From the NCBI GenBank assembly GCA_009778785.1, contig WRFN01000004.1:9276-73275 (forward strand): a stretch of DNA of 64,000 nt, written 5' to 3'. This stretch comes from Betaproteobacteria bacterium (GTDB lineage: Bacteria > Pseudomonadota > Gammaproteobacteria > Burkholderiales > Casimicrobiaceae). Position 1 is the stretch's first letter. Each line of letters starts with the position of its first letter. The translations under genes and the position numbers were made by a program. Under the pieces are notes generated by a model, which saw only the letters and a list, made by a program, of their open reading frames with translations, ran no database searches and was not told where the DNA came from. Shown here in pieces: positions 39,710 to 49,839 of this stretch.

Positions 39710-40620
39710 AGCCCCAACCGCTGCAAAGTGCGAGCGTCGTCTTTCCAACCCGGTTTCACTTGCACCAGCACCACCAGATACACTTTGCCGCCGAACAAGC
39801 GCTCCATTTCCTGCCGCGCTTCGGTGGCGATGCGTTTCATCGTCTGTCCCTGATGCCCCAGCAGAATAGCGCGTTGGCTGTCGCGCTCGACGTAAACCCG
39901 CGCCTGAATCCGACGCAACGCGTTCTCCTGTTCAAAGGTTTCTACTACGACGTGCGTCGAATAGGGAATTTCATCGCCCAGCAGCCGGAAAATTTTTTCG
40001 CGGATGAATTCCGCCGCCAGAAAACGCTCGTCCCGATCGGTCAATTCGTCCGACGAATAAAGCCACGGCATCGCCGGAAGATGTTGGGCCATCTCGGCTT
40101 TGAGCGCGTCGAGCTGCGTGCCTTTTTCAGCCGACAACGGAATCAGCGCCGCAAACGGGTAGCGCTTCGACAAGGCTTCGAGACGCGGCAGCAGCGTGGT
40201 TTTGTCGGTCAGCAAATCGACTTTGTTCAAAACGGCGATCACCGGTTTGGCGGATTTCTGGTCAGCGGGTAAAAGAGAAAGTAGCGTCTCGTCGGCATCG
40301 GTGTGGCGCGCCGCGTCGAAGATGGCCCCCACCACATCGACTTCGGCCAGCGCGTCGCGCACGGCCTGATTCATTCGGATGTTCAGCGCCGAGCGGTGCT
40401 TGGTCTGAAAGCCGGGCGTGTCCACAAAAATGAACTGATTCGCGCCTTCGGTCAAAACGCCAGTGATGCGTTGCCGCGTGGTTTGCGGTTTCGACGAAGT
40501 GATGCTGATTCTCGTGCCTAAAAGCCGATTGAGCAAAGTGGATTTGCCGACGCTGGGTCGTCCGATCAACGCGACGAAGCCGCAATGTGTCGTTTCCAAA
40601 GCCGTTTCATGATTCTTCAT
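39706..40620 (-). CDS. era: GTPase Era
   Basis: G1 motif GRPSVGKST, DTPG, NKVD and a C-terminal KH domain. Confidence 0.95.
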   Translation of the reverse strand: MKNHETALETTHCGFVALIGRPSVGKSTLLNRLLGTRISITSSKPQTTRQRITGVLTEGANQFIFVDTPGFQTKHRSALNIRMNQAVRDALAEVDVVGAIFDAARHTDADETLLSLLPADQKSAKPVIAVLNKVDLLTDKTTLLPRLEALSKRYPFAALIPLSAEKGTQLDALKAEMAQHLPAMPWLYSSDELTDRDERFLAAEFIREKIFRLLGDEIPYSTHVVVETFEQENALRRIQARVYVERDSQRAILLGHQGQTMKRIATEARQEMERLFGGKVYLVVLVQVKPGWKDDARTLQRLGL

Positions 40621-41332
40621 TTCGCCTCCTTCCGCGCGTGCCGGAAGTCTGGGACAAGGTTTGCAATTGCTGCCAGACCGCGTCCGCCGCCAGTTGCTCG
40701 GCCGCTCGCCGACTGCTGCCCTCGCCGCTCGCGATTGCTTCGAGCGACGGAACGCGGCATTCGACCACGAAGCGCTGCAAATGCGCTTCGCCGCGCGTTT
40801 CCGTCACTTCGTATTCGGGAAGCGGCAGATGCCGCGCCTGCAACCATTCCTGCAAACGCGTCTTGGCGTCTTTGCCCAACCGTTCCGGGTCGGCGTCCTG
40901 CAAGGTCTTGCCGTACACCCTCACGATCACCCGCTGGGCGGCGTCGAAGCCACCATCCATGAACACCGCGCCGAACAACGCTTCCAGCGCATCGGCCAAA
41001 ATCGACACCCGCTGCGGGCCGCCGCTTTTCAACTCGCCTTCGCCCAGCAAAAGATAGTTGCTGAGTTCCAGTTTGCGCGCCAACCGCGCCAAGGTATCGC
41101 GGTTGACCAGACCGGCGCGTGACCGCGACAACGTCCCTTCATCCAGCAACGGGAAACGCTCGAACAAGTCCTGCGCGATGACGCAGTTCAACACCGCGTC
41201 GCCGACAAACTCCAGCCGCTCGTTGTGCGACGCGCTGTAACTTCGGTGCGTCATCGCCTGCCGCGATAACGACGCCACCGTGAAACAATAATCTAACGCC
41301 GCTTCCAGCGGCGTCAGCGACGGCAACGACAT
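40607..41332 (-). CDS. rnc: ribonuclease III
   Basis: Signature NERLEFVGDAVL and a C-terminal dsRBD. The 3' end overlaps the era start. Confidence 0.95.
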   Translation of the reverse strand: MSLPSLTPLEAALDYCFTVASLSRQAMTHRSYSASHNERLEFVGDAVLNCVIAQDLFERFPLLDEGTLSRSRAGLVNRDTLARLARKLELSNYLLLGEGELKSGGPQRVSILADALEALFGAVFMDGGFDAAQRVIVRVYGKTLQDADPERLGKDAKTRLQEWLQARHLPLPEYEVTETRGEAHLQRFVVECRVPSLEAIASGEGSSRRAAEQLAADAVWQQLQTLSQTSGTRGRRRNEES

Positions 41333-41335
41333 AGG

Positions 41336-41683
41336 TTACTTCGGCGCCTGCGCCTCAAATTCCAACAGCAGCGAGATATTGCCGACGATCGACAATTTTC
41401 TTGTCCAGGCAATGGTGACCGCGCTGCCTTTCGGCGTGAGGTCCTTGTAGCTGAGGTCCCGAATGCCGTTGGTGGTGAGGCAAGAATCGAAGCGCTGCTG
41501 AACGGTAGAAAAATTGCTGCCGCCGGCCACCTTGGCGTCTTCAACACATTTCTGCACCGTCGTGGCAGTCAAATACTCCGGCGCCACTTCGATCGCAATC
41601 CAGAAAACGATCAAAACGCCGAACACGGCGGCCAACACGCCCCACAACGACATTCCCCGCTGCTTGCTTCTGCCTTGTTTCAT
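41336..41683 (-). CDS. DUF4845-like small membrane-anchored protein
   Basis: 115 aa with a single N-terminal TM segment (MSLWGVLAAVFGVLIVFWIAI). It occupies the conserved lepB-rnc intergenic position seen in betaproteobacteria. Confidence 0.7.
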   Translation of the reverse strand: MKQGRSKQRGMSLWGVLAAVFGVLIVFWIAIEVAPEYLTATTVQKCVEDAKVAGGSNFSTVQQRFDSCLTTNGIRDLSYKDLTPKGSAVTIAWTRKLSIVGNISLLLEFEAQAPK

Positions 41684-41694
41684 GGTTCATCCTT

Positions 41695-42531
41695 TCATTT
41701 GATCCCGTGCCCGACACGGTTAAATGCAAAACTCGAAATATCTCCCCAGTTAAACCAGATGAAAAATGCCTTGCCGCGCAGGTTCTCATCCGGCACGAAT
41801 CCCCAGTAACGACTGTCATCGCTGTTGTCGCGATTATCACCCATCATCCAATAATACCCCTCTGGCACGGTGCAGCGGAAGCCGTTCTCGAAATAACGGC
41901 ACGCTTCGCGCTGCAAAAAGGGGCGAACCTGATCTTTGTACAACGTCGGCTTCTGCGGATCGACCGCGACGGTGTATTCGCGCGCTCCGGCAGCTGATTG
42001 CGTTGTCTCTTTAAACAGGTTCAAACTCTCGAAACGGTATCGTTCGAGGTAGCTGTAGTCACCGCTCTTCAACTGCGGCAGCGGCTGGTTGTTGACGGTC
42101 AGTTTCTTGTCGAGGTACTCGACGACATCACCCGGCACTCCGATCACCCGCTTGATGTAATCTTGCGACGGGTCCAGCGGGTAGCGAAAAACCACCACGT
42201 CGCCGCGCTGCGGGCTGGCGATGGGGATAATCTTTTTCTCGATGATCGGCAAGCGAATGCCGTAGCTGAATTTATTGACCAGAATGAAATCGCCGGTTTC
42301 CAGCGTCGGCCGCATCGACGAAGAGGGAATTTTGAACGGTTCGGCGATGAAACTGCGCAGCACGAAAACGATCAGCAGTACCGGAAAGAAACTGGCGGTG
42401 TAGTCGATCCATGCCGACTTCGGCGCTTTGGGATCGCGCTTTTTTCGCAAATAGAAAAAATCCAGCGCCCAGACCGCGCCGGTCGCCAGCGTCAGCAGAA
42501 AGAGAATCAACGGAAAATTCAGAGCATCCAT
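41695..42531 (-). CDS. lepB: signal peptidase I
   Basis: Catalytic-Ser motif IPSSSMRPTL, then GDNRDNSDDSRYWGFVP. Confidence 0.95.
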   Translation of the reverse strand: MDALNFPLILFLLTLATGAVWALDFFYLRKKRDPKAPKSAWIDYTASFFPVLLIVFVLRSFIAEPFKIPSSSMRPTLETGDFILVNKFSYGIRLPIIEKKIIPIASPQRGDVVVFRYPLDPSQDYIKRVIGVPGDVVEYLDKKLTVNNQPLPQLKSGDYSYLERYRFESLNLFKETTQSAAGAREYTVAVDPQKPTLYKDQVRPFLQREACRYFENGFRCTVPEGYYWMMGDNRDNSDDSRYWGFVPDENLRGKAFFIWFNWGDISSFAFNRVGHGIK

Positions 42532-42553
42532 TTGTCAGCGTTTTCAAAAAAAG

Positions 42554-44347
42554 TTATTTATCGTCCACCTGCAAAATCGCCAGAAACGCTTCCTGCGGAA
42601 TCTCGACACTGCCGACGGCCTTCATCCGCTTTTTCCCGGCTTTTTGCTTTTCAAGCAACTTCCGCTTGCGCGTGATGTCGCCGCCGTAGCACTTCGCCAG
42701 CACATTCTTGCGCATCGCCTTGATCGTTTCGCGAGCGATGATCTGCCCGCCGATGGCCGCTTGCACGGCCACATCGAACATCTGCCGTGGAATCAATTTC
42801 CGCATCCGCGCCGCCACTTCGCGGCCACGGTACTGCGCCACCGATCGGTGCACCATCGACGACAGCGCATCGACCCGGTCGCCGTTGATCAAAATGTCGA
42901 GCTTGACCACGTCGGCAATCCGGAATTCCTTGAAGTCGTAATCGAGCGACGCGTAGCCGCGCGATACCGATTTCAACCGATCGAAGAAATCCATCACCAC
43001 TTCCGCCATCGGTAACTCATACGTCAGCAGAATCTGTCGGCCGACGTACTGCATGTTTTTCTGAATGCCGCGTTTTTCGGTGCACAACGTCAACACCGGC
43101 CCGACGTAGTCCTGCGGCACCAGAATCGTCACCGTGATAATCGGCTCGCGGATTTCGGCGACACGTGACAAGTCCGGCAACTTCGACGGGTTCTCGATCT
43201 CGACGACTTCGCCGTCGTTCAGCAGCAGTTGATACACCACCGTCGGCGCCGTCGTGATCAAATCCATGTCGTATTCGCGTTCCAGCCGTTCCTGCACGAT
43301 GTCCATGTGCAGCAGGCCGAGGAAACCGCAGCGAAAGCCAAAGCCCAGCGCCTGCGAAACTTCCGGCTCGTAATGCAGCGAAGCGTCGTTGAGCTTCAAC
43401 TTGTCGAGCGCGTCGCGCAACGCCTCATATTGGTTGGACTCGACCGGATACAGCCCGGCGAAAACCTGCGGCTTCACGTCCTTGAACCCCGGCAGCGGCG
43501 CACCGGCCGATTTCTGCGCCAGCGTCACCGTGTCGCCGACCTTCGCCGCCTTCAACTCCCGGATACCGGCAACGATGAAGCCGACCTCGCCCGCCGACAG
43601 CGTCGGCTGCGCCACCGATTTCGGCGTGAACACGCCCAACTGTTCGCACTGATACGTCGCGTTGGTGGACATCAGCAAAATCCGGTCGCGCTGCTTCAAC
43701 GTGCCTTCGACCACCCGCACCAGCATCACAACGCCGACGTAATTGTCGAACCACGAATCGATGATGAGCGCCTGCAGCGGCGCTTCGGGATCGCCCTTCG
43801 GCGGCGGCACCTGCGCGACGATCATCTCCAGCACCTCGTCGATCCCCTCGCCGGTCTTGGCGCTGATCCGCACCGCGTCAACGGCTTCGATGCCGACAAT
43901 GTCCTCGATCTCGTCGATCACCAACTCGGCATCCGCCGACGGCAGGTCGATCTTGTTCAACACCGGAAATACTTCGACGCCCTGTTCGATGGCCGTGTAG
44001 CAGTTCGCCACAGTCTGCGCCTCGACGCCCTGTGACGCATCAACCACCAGCAATGCGCCCTCGCACGCCGCCAGCGAGCGCGAGACTTCGTAAGCGAAAT
44101 CCACATGCCCGGGCGTGTCGATCATGTTGAGCAGATAGGTTTCGCCGTCACGCGCCTTGTAATGCAGCGCCGCTGTCTGCGCCTTGATCGTGATGCCGCG
44201 CTCGCGTTCGAGATCCATCGAGTCGAGCACCTGCTCGCTCATCTCCCGATCCGACAAGCCGCCGCAGCGCTGGATCAAGCGATCAGCCAGCGTGGATTTG
44301 CCGTGGTCGATATGGGCAATAATTGAAAAATTGCGGATAAACTGCAC
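42554..44347 (-). CDS. lepA: elongation factor 4 (LepA)
   Basis: The GTG at 44347 gives (M)[23 protein letters not shown], the canonical LepA N-terminus. The track start at 44551 adds 68 implausible Arg-rich residues. Confidence 0.95.
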   Translation of the reverse strand: MQFIRNFSIIAHIDHGKSTLADRLIQRCGGLSDREMSEQVLDSMDLERERGITIKAQTAALHYKARDGETYLLNMIDTPGHVDFAYEVSRSLAACEGALLVVDASQGVEAQTVANCYTAIEQGVEVFPVLNKIDLPSADAELVIDEIEDIVGIEAVDAVRISAKTGEGIDEVLEMIVAQVPPPKGDPEAPLQALIIDSWFDNYVGVVMLVRVVEGTLKQRDRILLMSTNATYQCEQLGVFTPKSVAQPTLSAGEVGFIVAGIRELKAAKVGDTVTLAQKSAGAPLPGFKDVKPQVFAGLYPVESNQYEALRDALDKLKLNDASLHYEPEVSQALGFGFRCGFLGLLHMDIVQERLEREYDMDLITTAPTVVYQLLLNDGEVVEIENPSKLPDLSRVAEIREPIITVTILVPQDYVGPVLTLCTEKRGIQKNMQYVGRQILLTYELPMAEVVMDFFDRLKSVSRGYASLDYDFKEFRIADVVKLDILINGDRVDALSSMVHRSVAQYRGREVAARMRKLIPRQMFDVAVQAAIGGQIIARETIKAMRKNVLAKCYGGDITRKRKLLEKQKAGKKRMKAVGSVEIPQEAFLAILQVDDK

Positions 44348-44405
44348 AAAAAATTCCCGTGAAAAACGCCTTGCCGCCAATACCCGGCATACCAGCGCAA
44401 ATCTT

Positions 44406-44443
44406 GCAAAGCAAACGAGGGCTTTCGATTTCGCCAGCCCTCG
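44406..44443 (-). terminator. rho-independent terminator after pssA
   Basis: CGAGGGCT (44416-44423) / AGCCCTCG (44436-44443) form the stem. On the minus strand TTTGCTTTGC follows. Confidence 0.6.
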
Positions 44444-44492
44444 CTCTAAAACAGTATATTGTAACGCAGAAGTCCTTGAATTCCGGCACCTC

Positions 44493-45296
44493 TCACGCCG
44501 ATGGTTCGTCGTCGGGCGGGCTGCCCTGCGAGCCGCCGTGCCGACGCTCACGCCACAGCGTCCAGCCGGTCATGACAAATCCGGACAAGGCATAAAGCAC
44601 CGCGAAGGAAAACAGCACCAGCGGCGGTTGCGAAGCGATCAACGCGATCACCAGCACCAGAATCAGCACCGCCACGAACGGCACGCTCTTTCTCAGATTG
44701 ACCGTCTTGAAACTGTAAAAACGCAAATTGCTTGGCATGACGATTCCGGCAAACAGGGTCACCACACAAGCCAGCCACAGCACTTGCCCGGCAGGCACAT
44801 CGTTATCGTAAAACGCCCAGACGAGGCCTGCCACCAACGCCGCCGCCGCCGGGCTGGGAATGCCGATGAACCAGCGCTTGTCGGCGATGTCGAGCATGGT
44901 GTTGAAGCGCGCCAGCCGCGCCGCCGCGCCGGCAACATAAATGAACGCCGCGATCCAGCCCAACTTGCCCAAGCTGTGCAGCGCCCAACTGTAAATCAGC
45001 AGCGCCGGCGCCACCCCAAACGACACCATATCCGACAAGCTGTCGTATTCGGCGCCGAAAGCGCTCTGCGTTTTAGTCAGCCGCGCCACCCGGCCGTCGA
45101 GGCTGTCCAGAATCGCCGCGACAAAAATGGCGCCCGCCGCCCGCCCGAAATGGCCGTTCATGCCCTGAACGATCGAGTAAAAACCGGCAAACAGCGCCGC
45201 CGTCGTGAACAAATTAGGCAACAGGAAAATCCCCCGTCGCCGACCGGCATTCTTGCGCAGCACGCGCTCTTTGTGATCTTTGTCGTAGAAGGACAT
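44493..45296 (-). CDS. pssA: CDP-diacylglycerol--serine O-phosphatidyltransferase
   Basis: CDP-alcohol phosphatidyltransferase motif [23 protein letters not shown]; polytopic. Confidence 0.9.
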   Translation of the reverse strand: MSFYDKDHKERVLRKNAGRRRGIFLLPNLFTTAALFAGFYSIVQGMNGHFGRAAGAIFVAAILDSLDGRVARLTKTQSAFGAEYDSLSDMVSFGVAPALLIYSWALHSLGKLGWIAAFIYVAGAAARLARFNTMLDIADKRWFIGIPSPAAAALVAGLVWAFYDNDVPAGQVLWLACVVTLFAGIVMPSNLRFYSFKTVNLRKSVPFVAVLILVLVIALIASQPPLVLFSFAVLYALSGFVMTGWTLWRERRHGGSQGSPPDDEPSA

Positions 45297-45331
45297 GATG
45301 CGTTCGACTCTCTCCCTGACTGCCCCTTACT

Positions 45332-45976
45332 TTACTGCAATTCCGCCAGCACCGTTTCGGTCGCCCGCACCTTTTGCCCGATGGTCACGCAAGCCCGCGC
45401 CGACACCGGCAAATAAACATCGACCCGCGACCCGAACCGGATGAACCCGTAGCGTTGGCCGCGCGACAGTGTATCACCCGCCTTGGCGTAGCAGAGAATC
45501 CGCCGCGCCACCAATCCGGCTACCTGCACGCACGTCACTTTTTGCCCGTTAGCGGCCGTCAGATGCAGCGCGTTGCGCTCGTTCTCCTCCGACGCTTTGT
45601 CAATCGCCGCATTCAAAAAACTCCCTTGGTTGTACCACACGTTCTCGACCTTGCCGTCCACTGGGCTTCTTTGAGAATGTACATTAAAAACATTCATGAA
45701 GACACTGATTTTCAAGGAATCTCTGTTGAGATACGGGTCACGCGCCGGCTCGACCTTGATCACCCGTCCGTCCGCCGGGCACAGCACCGCGTTGGGTTGA
45801 TCCGGAATTTCACGCGCCGGATCGCGGAAAAACTGCAAAACAAACAACGCGATCAGCCAAACCAGCGCCGCCAGCCACCAAGGCGCCAACCACGTCAACA
45901 CCAGCGCTACGATAACTGCCCCCGCCAAAAATGGCCACCCCTCACGGGCAATTAGCGGATGAGGATAATTTTTCAT
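45332..45976 (-). CDS. psd: phosphatidylserine decarboxylase proenzyme (short/archaetidylserine-type)
   Basis: 214 aa. [15 protein letters not shown] contains the G-S self-cleavage site. It lies upstream of pssA. Confidence 0.88.
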   Translation of the reverse strand: MKNYPHPLIAREGWPFLAGAVIVALVLTWLAPWWLAALVWLIALFVLQFFRDPAREIPDQPNAVLCPADGRVIKVEPARDPYLNRDSLKISVFMNVFNVHSQRSPVDGKVENVWYNQGSFLNAAIDKASEENERNALHLTAANGQKVTCVQVAGLVARRILCYAKAGDTLSRGQRYGFIRFGSRVDVYLPVSARACVTIGQKVRATETVLAELQ

Positions 45977-46219
45977 AAATACAATACCTTATATGATGTT
46001 TATAATGTGATTTATAATGTTTTATGACGCTATTTTTCAAGTGGGGTTTTTATTATAGCGCACAGAAAAAAGCGCCTGATTGTCTTCGATTCTCGCGCCC
46101 ACTGCAACCGCCTTGCAACAATCCCGCCACAACGCCTTGCCGCCGTTTTGCCGCCGCCGCCAACGTGCAGCCCGAATGGTAAACTTACCACCTCTGATTC
46201 ACCAAACGTCTTCCCCAAA

Positions 46220-46870
46220 ATGAGCACCGAAACTCCCGACAAGCCCCACCACGTCCCCGCCGAGCTCGACATCACCGATCTCGAAAGCCGCCCGCTACGC
46301 CCCCTGCCCCGTCTCATTTTCATGAGCCGCTGGCTGCAACTGCCGCTGTATTTGGGGCTGATCGTCGCGCAAGCGGTTTATGTTTGGCTCTTCTGGGTCG
46401 AACTGATTCACCTGATCGAAGCCACCTTCGGCAGCCAGGAAGCGATCAATATCATCGTCGCCAACGTCACCCCGCCCGGCCAGATGGTGGTCGAAATGAC
46501 CGAGCCGACGGAAACAGTCATCATGCTGGTGATTCTGGGGCTGATCGACGTGGTGATGATCTCCAACCTGCTCATCATGGTGATCGTCGGCGGTTACGAA
46601 ACCTTCGTCTCCCGCCTCGACCTCGACAGCCACCCCGACCAGCCCGAATGGCTGTCGCACGTTAACGCCAGCGTGCTGAAAGTCAAACTCGGCACCGCGA
46701 TCATCAGTATTTCGTCGATCCACCTGCTGAAAACCTTCATCAACGCGCACGCCTACGACACCAAAACGCTGGTCGCCCAAACCTGCATCCACTTGGCGTT
46801 CCTGCTGTCAGCGATGGCGATCGCCGCTTGCGACCGCATCTTGCCGTATAACAATCGATCCCAACACTAA
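46220..46870 (+). CDS. UPF0114/YqhA-family membrane protein
   Basis: The ATG at 46220 gives MSTETPDK..., followed by SRWLQLPLYLGLIVAQAVYVWLF and 3-4 TM segments. The pattern is typical of the family. Confidence 0.7.
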   Translation: MSTETPDKPHHVPAELDITDLESRPLRPLPRLIFMSRWLQLPLYLGLIVAQAVYVWLFWVELIHLIEATFGSQEAINIIVANVTPPGQMVVEMTEPTETVIMLVILGLIDVVMISNLLIMVIVGGYETFVSRLDLDSHPDQPEWLSHVNASVLKVKLGTAIISISSIHLLKTFINAHAYDTKTLVAQTCIHLAFLLSAMAIAACDRILPYNNRSQH

Positions 46871-46899
46871 CCCTTCAACGAAAATCGGAGACAACCCGA

Positions 46900-48435
46900 A
46901 TGAGCACCCTGATTCGCACTGAAGATTTTGTCCAAAGCATTGCAGACGCCCTGCAATACATCTCCTGTTATCACCCGAAGGACTACATCGACGCGCTGGG
47001 CAAAGCCTACGAAATCGAGCAATCGCCCGCCGCCAAGGACGCCATCGCGCAAATCCTGACCAACTCGCGGATGTGCGCCGAGAACCGCCGCCCGATCTGT
47101 CAGGATACCGGGATCGTTGCCGCCTTCGTCAAAATCGGGATGGACGTGCGTTTTGAAGACCCGTCGCGCTCGATTCTCGATCTGGTCAACGAAGGCGTTG
47201 CCCGTGCCTATTCCGACAAAAACAATACCTTGCGCGCTTCCGTGCTGACCGATCCTGCCGGCGCCCGCAAAAACACCCGCGACAACACCCCGGCCATCGT
47301 CCATTTCGACCTCGTTCCCGGCAACACCATCGAAGTCAAAATCGCTGCCAAGGGCGGCGGCTCCGAAGCCAAAACGAAATTCGCCATGCTCAATCCGTCC
47401 GACTCCGTCGTTGACTGGGTGCTCAAAATGCTGCCGACGATGGGCGCCGGTTGGTGCCCGCCCGGCATCCTCGGCATCGGCATCGGCGGCACCGCCGAAA
47501 AAGCGATGATCATGGCCAAAGAAGCGCTGATGGAACCGGTGGACATCGCCGACCTCATCAAGCGTGGCCCGAAAAACCGACTCGAAGAACTGCGCCTTGA
47601 AATCTACGAAAAAGTGAACGCCCTCGGCATCGGCGCGCAAGGCTTGGGCGGCTTGACGACTGTCCTCGATGTCAAAATTCTCGATTACCCGACCCACGCC
47701 GCCAACCTGCCCGTGGCGATGATCCCCAACTGCGCCGCCACCCGTCACGTCCACTTCCACCTCGACGGAACCGGCCCCGCCGTTCTCACTCCGCCCAAGC
47801 TCGAAGATTGGCCGCAAGTGACTTGGAAGCCCGACACCAAAGCTGCTACCCGCGTCAACCTCGACACCCTGACGAAAGAACAAGTCGCCGCCTGGAAGCC
47901 CGGCCAGGCCCTGCTCCTGAATGGCAAAATGCTCACCGGCCGCGACGCCGCCCACAAACGCATCGCCGACATGCTGGCGCGCGGCGAAAGCCTGCCGGTA
48001 TCGTTCAAAAACCGCGTCATCTACTATGTCGGCCCGGTGGACCCCGTGCGCGATGAAGTCGTCGGCCCCGCCGGCCCCACCACCTCTACGCGCATGGACA
48101 AATTCACCCGCATGATGCTGGAGAAAACCGGCCTCATCGCCATGATCGGCAAATCCGAACGCGGTCCCGCCGCCATCGACGCCATCCGCGACAACCGATC
48201 CGCCTACCTCATGGCCGTCGGCGGCGCCGCCTACCTCGTTTCCAAAGCCATCAAAGCCGCCAAAGTCGTCGCCTTCGCCGACCTCGGCATGGAAGCCATC
48301 TACGAATTCACCGTCGAAGACATGCCTGTGACCGTGGCGGTGGACTCCACCGGCGTCAGCCTCCACCAGACCGGCCCGAAAGAATGGCAGACGAGAATCG
48401 GAAAGATTCCGGTGGTGGCGGAATCTTTGAACTGA
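46900..48435 (+). CDS. class I (Fe-S) fumarate hydratase, fused alpha/beta type
   Basis: 511 aa. CQDTGI cluster-ligand motif, a GGAG RBS, an N-terminal hydro-lyase alpha domain and a C-terminal beta domain (GPTTSTRMD). Confidence 0.9.
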   Translation: MSTLIRTEDFVQSIADALQYISCYHPKDYIDALGKAYEIEQSPAAKDAIAQILTNSRMCAENRRPICQDTGIVAAFVKIGMDVRFEDPSRSILDLVNEGVARAYSDKNNTLRASVLTDPAGARKNTRDNTPAIVHFDLVPGNTIEVKIAAKGGGSEAKTKFAMLNPSDSVVDWVLKMLPTMGAGWCPPGILGIGIGGTAEKAMIMAKEALMEPVDIADLIKRGPKNRLEELRLEIYEKVNALGIGAQGLGGLTTVLDVKILDYPTHAANLPVAMIPNCAATRHVHFHLDGTGPAVLTPPKLEDWPQVTWKPDTKAATRVNLDTLTKEQVAAWKPGQALLLNGKMLTGRDAAHKRIADMLARGESLPVSFKNRVIYYVGPVDPVRDEVVGPAGPTTSTRMDKFTRMMLEKTGLIAMIGKSERGPAAIDAIRDNRSAYLMAVGGAAYLVSKAIKAAKVVAFADLGMEAIYEFTVEDMPVTVAVDSTGVSLHQTGPKEWQTRIGKIPVVAESLN

Positions 48436-48590
48436 TCGGAAAGCGTGCCGATACGCTCACGATTATCGGCAGAGTGAAATACCGATCTGGAACCGGAGAT
48501 TTTTAACCTTTGAAACCATGCGCTCAGACAGAAAACCGATACAGATTATAGGTATGATGGTTGAGCATAGACAGTACAGGAGACGTTGAA

Positions 48591-49196
48591 ATGAAAAAGA
48601 TAGCTACGCTTGCGTTTTTATTTTTATTTCCTTGTACGCTTATGGCCGCAGGAGACGACGCTACAAAACCAACAACGCCACAGACGAAATACGAAAAAAT
48701 TATAACTTTCAGGGGCGTTTCAATGAACGCATCAGAAAAAGAGTTTACCGAGAAAGTTAAAGGATTCACATGTAGGGATGCTAGAAGAGGTGATGATTTA
48801 GAAATTGAAAACTACTACGACAGAGTGTGCGAAGCTAACGACGATGATGAAAAAGCGCGAACCTATGTAGAAGAAGATGCTGATATTTCAGTTTTTTTTA
48901 TAAAAGATAAATTGAAGATGGTCTTCATATATTTCTCTAACAGCTTAACATCGGATTCCGAGTTGATCAGCAAGTCAAACAAAGTAAGACAATCTCTATC
49001 TGATAGGTTCGGCTACCCGAATAACTACCATGATTGCTCTTATCATATAAGTAACAAACAAGAACCATCCGCGAAAGACTGCCAATGGCAGAAGACTAAT
49101 GGAAAAATTAAAGATTCTATCCTTATAGGTAAATACATTTCAATGTATTCTATTACTTACGTGTCAAACGATCTTGATAAAAAAAGATGGCTATAA
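48591..49196 (+). CDS. secreted hypothetical protein (AT-rich module)
   Basis: ATG at 48591 gives MKKIATLAFLFLFPCTLMA/AGDD, a signal peptide. The protein is Asp/Lys-rich with several Cys. I recognise no family. Confidence 0.55.
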   Translation: MKKIATLAFLFLFPCTLMAAGDDATKPTTPQTKYEKIITFRGVSMNASEKEFTEKVKGFTCRDARRGDDLEIENYYDRVCEANDDDEKARTYVEEDADISVFFIKDKLKMVFIYFSNSLTSDSELISKSNKVRQSLSDRFGYPNNYHDCSYHISNKQEPSAKDCQWQKTNGKIKDSILIGKYISMYSITYVSNDLDKKRWL

Positions 49197-49232
49197 ATAT
49201 GAAGGTAAGGCTGCCATTCCTGCGAATTAACT

Positions 49233-49839
49233 ATGAAATGTTTAACCAAGGAAGAAGCCAATATCTATCTGGGTAAGATAGGTATGGAGATTGGCGAGTG
49301 GAACAACATTCAGAAAAAAACAAGCGTTTCTTCTGAAAAATTTCATTGGGTAAACCATCAAACGCCAAAAGGAGCACGTGATCTGTACAAATATGCGCAA
49401 GCTGTGGCAGATTGGCTTCCCCGTGGGAATTGGAAGATACTTCAAATTGATGACTCTGGGGGGGCTTTTCTTTGATGAAGGACATTTGTTTAGTCGCCTT
49501 TTATTTGGAAATTGGGAGGTAACCGATCTTACTCATTCGACGGACCCCAGCACTTTTTTGATTGAGTTTTCTGGAGATGAAGGAAGTGATGTAAAAAAAG
49601 AATTTTTATTGGCCAATTTGTTATTCACCCTTCTGATGTTTGAGAGTCATGGCTATCTGGTTTCTTCAGGAAGCTCCTCTGGGCAATTATTGAGTTTTCA
49701 GGATGGATTTATTTATTTTTATTCAAGAGAGGAAGATGTTTCAGGGGCTTTGGTTTTAGTGGAGAATTTCAAAAAAGGAATTGGGGGGTACCCGGAATGG
49801 GCGAGACAATTGATCATTAAAAATAATTTTGGCGGATAG
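49233..49839 (+). pseudogene. hypothetical gene split by a +1 frameshift at a G7 tract
   Basis: ORFs 49233-49475 and 49378-49839 join into one reading frame of about 200 codons (...IDDSGG|LFFDEGHLF...) if the G7 run at 49458-49464 is read as G6. Confidence 0.6.
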
